64,000 nt of DNA from Pristiophorus japonicus (taxonomy: Eukaryota): NCBI RefSeq assembly GCF_044704955.1, contig NC_091980.1:130944001-131008000 (forward strand), written 5' to 3'. The position numbers were made by a program, and so were the translations under genes. Positions 60,601-64,000 of this stretch are shown one piece after another (positions within the stretch are counted from its first letter, which is position 1; every line of letters begins with the position of its first letter). The notes beneath the pieces were generated by a model. That model had not been told where the DNA came from. It searched no databases and saw only the letters and a program-made list of their open reading frames with translations.

Positions 60601-61307
60601 GACAAAGTCAAGATGGATTTATGAAAAGAAAATTGTGTTTGACAAACCTACTGGAATTTGTTTTGAGAATGTAACTGAGATTAGATAAGTGAGAAACAGT
60701 GGATGTAGTGTATTTGGTTTTCAGAAGGCCTTTGATAAAGTCCCACACGAGATTAGTATGCAAAATTAAAGAACATAGGATTGGGGGTAATATACTGCTA
60801 TGGATTGAAAATTGGTTAATTAATAGGAAACAGAGAGTAGGAATAAACTGGTCTTTTCCTGGGTGATGGCCAGTGACGAGTGGGATACCACAGGGATCAG
60901 TGCTTGGGCCCCAGCTAGTCACATATATAAATAGATTTGGAGGAGGAAACCAAATTTTCCAGTTTATTGTGAGGGCAGGAAACGGCACCGATGTTATCAA
61001 TGTGCTGGGAAAAGAGGTGAGAGAGGAGCCATGGTGAGATTTTAATACATGGATAAGAATCTTGAATTTGAGGCGCTGTCAGACCGGGAGCCAATGATGG
61101 TCCACAAGCACAGGGGTTATGGGAGATTGGGACTAGGTGTGTGTTAGGATATGGGCAGCAGAGTTTTGGATAAGCTTAAGTTTATGGAGTATGTAATGCT
61201 AGCAGGAGAGCATTGAAATAGTAAATTCCAGAGATACAAAGACGCAGATGAGGGTTAACTATTAGCACAATTCTGAGCTCAGAATGAGAAATGCCTGCAG
61301 CTGAACC

Positions 61308-63895
61308 CATCATCATAGGCAGTCCCTCGGCATCGAGGAAGACTTGCTTTCACTCTTAAAGTGAGTTCTTTGGTGGCTGAACAGTCCACCACGAAAGCCA
61401 CAGACCATGTCACAGATGGGAGAGATATTCGTCAGGGTAAGCAGGTGGGTGGCACTGATTTACCACACGCTCCTTCCGCTCCCTGTGCCTGACCTCTTCA
61501 CGCTCACAGCGTTGAGATTCGAAGGGCTCAACGCCCTCCCGGATGCACTTTCTCCACCTCGGGTTGTCTTCGGCCAGGGTCTCCCAGACGTAAGTGGTGC
61601 TGTTGCAATTCATCAGTTAGGCTTTGAGGGTGTCCTTACATAGAGACATAGAAACATAGAAAATAGGTCCTTCGAGCCTGCACCGCCATTCAATAAGTTC
61701 ATGGCAGATCATTCCCTCAATACCCCTTTCCTGCTTTCTCTCCATACCCCATGATTCCCTGAGCCATAAAGGGCATATCTTACTCCCTCTTGAATATATC
61801 TAATGAACTGGCATCAACAACTCTCTGTGGCAGGGAATTCCACAGGTTAACAACTCTGAGTGAAGAAGTTTCTCCTCATCTCAGTCCTAAATGGCCTACC
61901 CCTTATCCAAGGACTATGGCCCCTGGTTCTGGACTTCCCCAACATCGGGAACAGTTTTCCCGCATCTAACCTGTCTAGTCCCATCAGAATCTTATACATT
62001 TCTACGAGATCCCCTCTCATCCTTCTAAACTCGAGTAAAGAAAGTTCCAGTTGATCAGTCTCTCCTCATATGACAGTCCAGCCATATCTGGAATTAGTCT
62101 GGTGCACTCCCTCAATAGCAAGAACGTCCTTCCTCAGAATAGGAGACCAAAACTGAACACAATATTCCAGGTGAGGCCTCATTAAGGCCCTGTACAACTG
62201 CAGTAAGACCTCCCTGCTCCGATACTCAAATCCCCTAGCTATGAAGGTCAACATACCATTTGCCTTCTTCAACGCCTGCTGTACCTGCATGCCAACCTTC
62301 AATGACTGATGAACCACGACACCCAGGTCTCGTTGCACCTCCCCTTTCCTAATCTGCCGCCATTTAGATAATATTCTGCCTTTGTGTTTTTGCCCGCAAA
62401 ATGGATAACCTCACATTTATCCACATTATATTGCATTTGCCATGCATTTACCCACTCACCTAACCTGTCCAAGTCACCCTGCAGCCTCTTTGCGTCCTCC
62501 TCACAGCTCACACCGCCAACCAGTTTAGTGTCATCTGCAAACTTGGAGATATTACACTCAATTCCTTCACCAAATTGTTAATGTATATTGTAAAGAGCTG
62601 GGATCCCAGTACTGAGCCCTGCGGCACTCCAGTAGTCACTGCCTGCCATTTAGAAAAGGACCTGTTTATCCTGACTCCCTGCTTCCTGTCTGCCAACCAG
62701 TTCTCTATCCATGTCAGTACATTACCCCCAAAAACCTTGTAACGTTTCCGCTGCCCACCTTTGGCTCATTTGCCATGAAGGAGTTCCGCATAGAGCAATT
62801 GCTTCGGGAGTCTCATGTCTGGCATGTGAACTAAGTGGCCTGCCCAGCGAAGCTGATCGAGTGTGGTTGCTGCTTCAATGCTGGGGATGTTAGCCTGGGT
62901 GAGGACACTGATGTCGGTGCGTCTGTCCTCCCAGGGAACTTGCAGGATCTTGCGGAGACATCTTTGGTGATATATCTCCAGTGACTTGATGTGCCTTCTG
63001 TAAGTCGTCCATGCCTCTGATCCATACAGTAGGGTGGGTATTATTACAGCCCTGTAGACCGTGAGCTTGGTGGTAGGTTTGAGGGCCTGGTCTTCCAACA
63101 CTCTTTTCCTCAGGCAGCCGAAGGCTGCACTGGCACACTGGAAGCGATGTTGAATCTCCTCATTAATGCCTGCCTTTGTTGACAGGAGGCTCCCGAGGTA
63201 TGGGAAGTGGTCCACACTGTCGAGGGCCATGCCATGAATCTTGATGTCTGGGGGGCCGTGCTGTGCGGCGAGGACAGGCTGGCGGAGGACCTTTGTCTTA
63301 CGGATGTTAAGCGTAAGGCCCATGATTTCATATGCCTCGGTGAATACATCGACTATATCCTGGAGTTCAGCCTCAGAATGTTCACAGACACAGGCGTCGT
63401 CCGCATATTGTAATTCAACGACAGAGGTTTGGGTGGTCTTGGACCTGGTCTGGAGAGGGTGTAGTTCAAACTGATTCCCACTAGTTGTGTAGTTTAGTTC
63501 CATTCCAGCGGGGACGATGTTGACAGTGAGGTGGAGTGTGGCAGCGAGGAAGATTGATAGAAGCATTGGAGCGATGACGCAGCCCTGGTTGACCCCGCTT
63601 CGGACGTGGAATGGGTCTGTAACAAATCCGCTGATAAGGATCACGGCCTGCATGTCGACGTGGAGCAGGCGAAGGATGTTGACAAACTTTTGGGGGCATC
63701 CAAAACGGAGGAGGATGCTCCATAAGCCCTCACAGTCGACAGTGTCAAAGGCCTTTGTAAGATCGAAAAATGGCATGTTTCCTGCAGCTGGCTTGCCGCA
63801 AAGATCATGTCCGTTGTTCCCCTTAGGGGACGAAATCCATACTGTGACTCCAGGAGGAGCTCCTCGGCCACAGGGAGAAGACGATTGAGGTGAAC
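61308..63895 (-). mobile_element. RTE-clade LINE (unit-3 orthologue of 40167-41665), interrupted by a CR1
   Basis: ORF 62766..63929 with KAFDTVD, QGCVIAP, YADD and LRWAGH. Confidence 0.85.
61639..62735 (-). mobile_element. 5'-truncated CR1 inserted into the RTE
   Basis: (ACATAGAA)n tail on the + strand, GVPQGSVLG and RPHLEYCVQFW motifs, CCTT flanks both ends; site is uninterrupted in unit 2 at ~40487. Confidence 0.85.
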
Positions 63896-64000
63896 TGAAC
63901 CAGATTCCTGTGGAGCATGTTAAATTCATATAGAACCTTGGCTAGACAACACTTGGAGTATTGTGCACAGTTCTTGTCATGTATCTTACATTATTATACA

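Larger units (their letters stand above)
60952..64000. repeat. Start of a third copy of the duplication unit
   Basis: 'aaattttccagtttattgtgagggcaggaaacggcacc' at 60952 matches 39812 and 277. It is followed by the same L2 fragment, the RTE element seen in unit 2, and 'gaaccttggctagacaacacttggagta' (cf. 41703). Confidence 0.88.

Overview
Vertebrate, repeat-rich genomic DNA. The CR1, RTE, Tx1, Deu-type SINE and Gypsy repeat mix suggests a cartilaginous fish, probably a shark (inference). The ORF track misses the main content: a minus-strand tandem array of five 4-exon ferritin (H/M-type, 176 aa) genes of three sub-types, in left-to-right order A1, B1, C1, A2, B2. Hand splicing gives two intact ORFs (C1 33695-37970, A2 48387-51721) and three pseudogenes (A1, B1, B2). 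The array comes from a ~38.6-kb tandem segmental duplication: unit 1 is 1-38596, unit 2 is 38597-~60952, and unit 3 starts at ~60952. Unit 2 lost its type-C gene by a deletion with a short microhomology junction. Every copy has a TATA box 34-82 bp upstream of the start codon and no recognisable iron-responsive element (IRE). All copies also replace the Arg equivalent to human FTH1 R23. The rest is nested transposable elements whose empty sites can often be read in the sister unit: a degenerate full-length Gypsy containing an ERV-like solo LTR, two Gypsy-type LTR elements lacking RT and integrase, a near full-length CR1 with a 10-copy TATA-box array at its 5' end, RTE, Tx1, L2 and Penelope fragments, a Tc2/pogo-type DNA element, and SINEs. 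All coordinates were read by eye; no database search was run.
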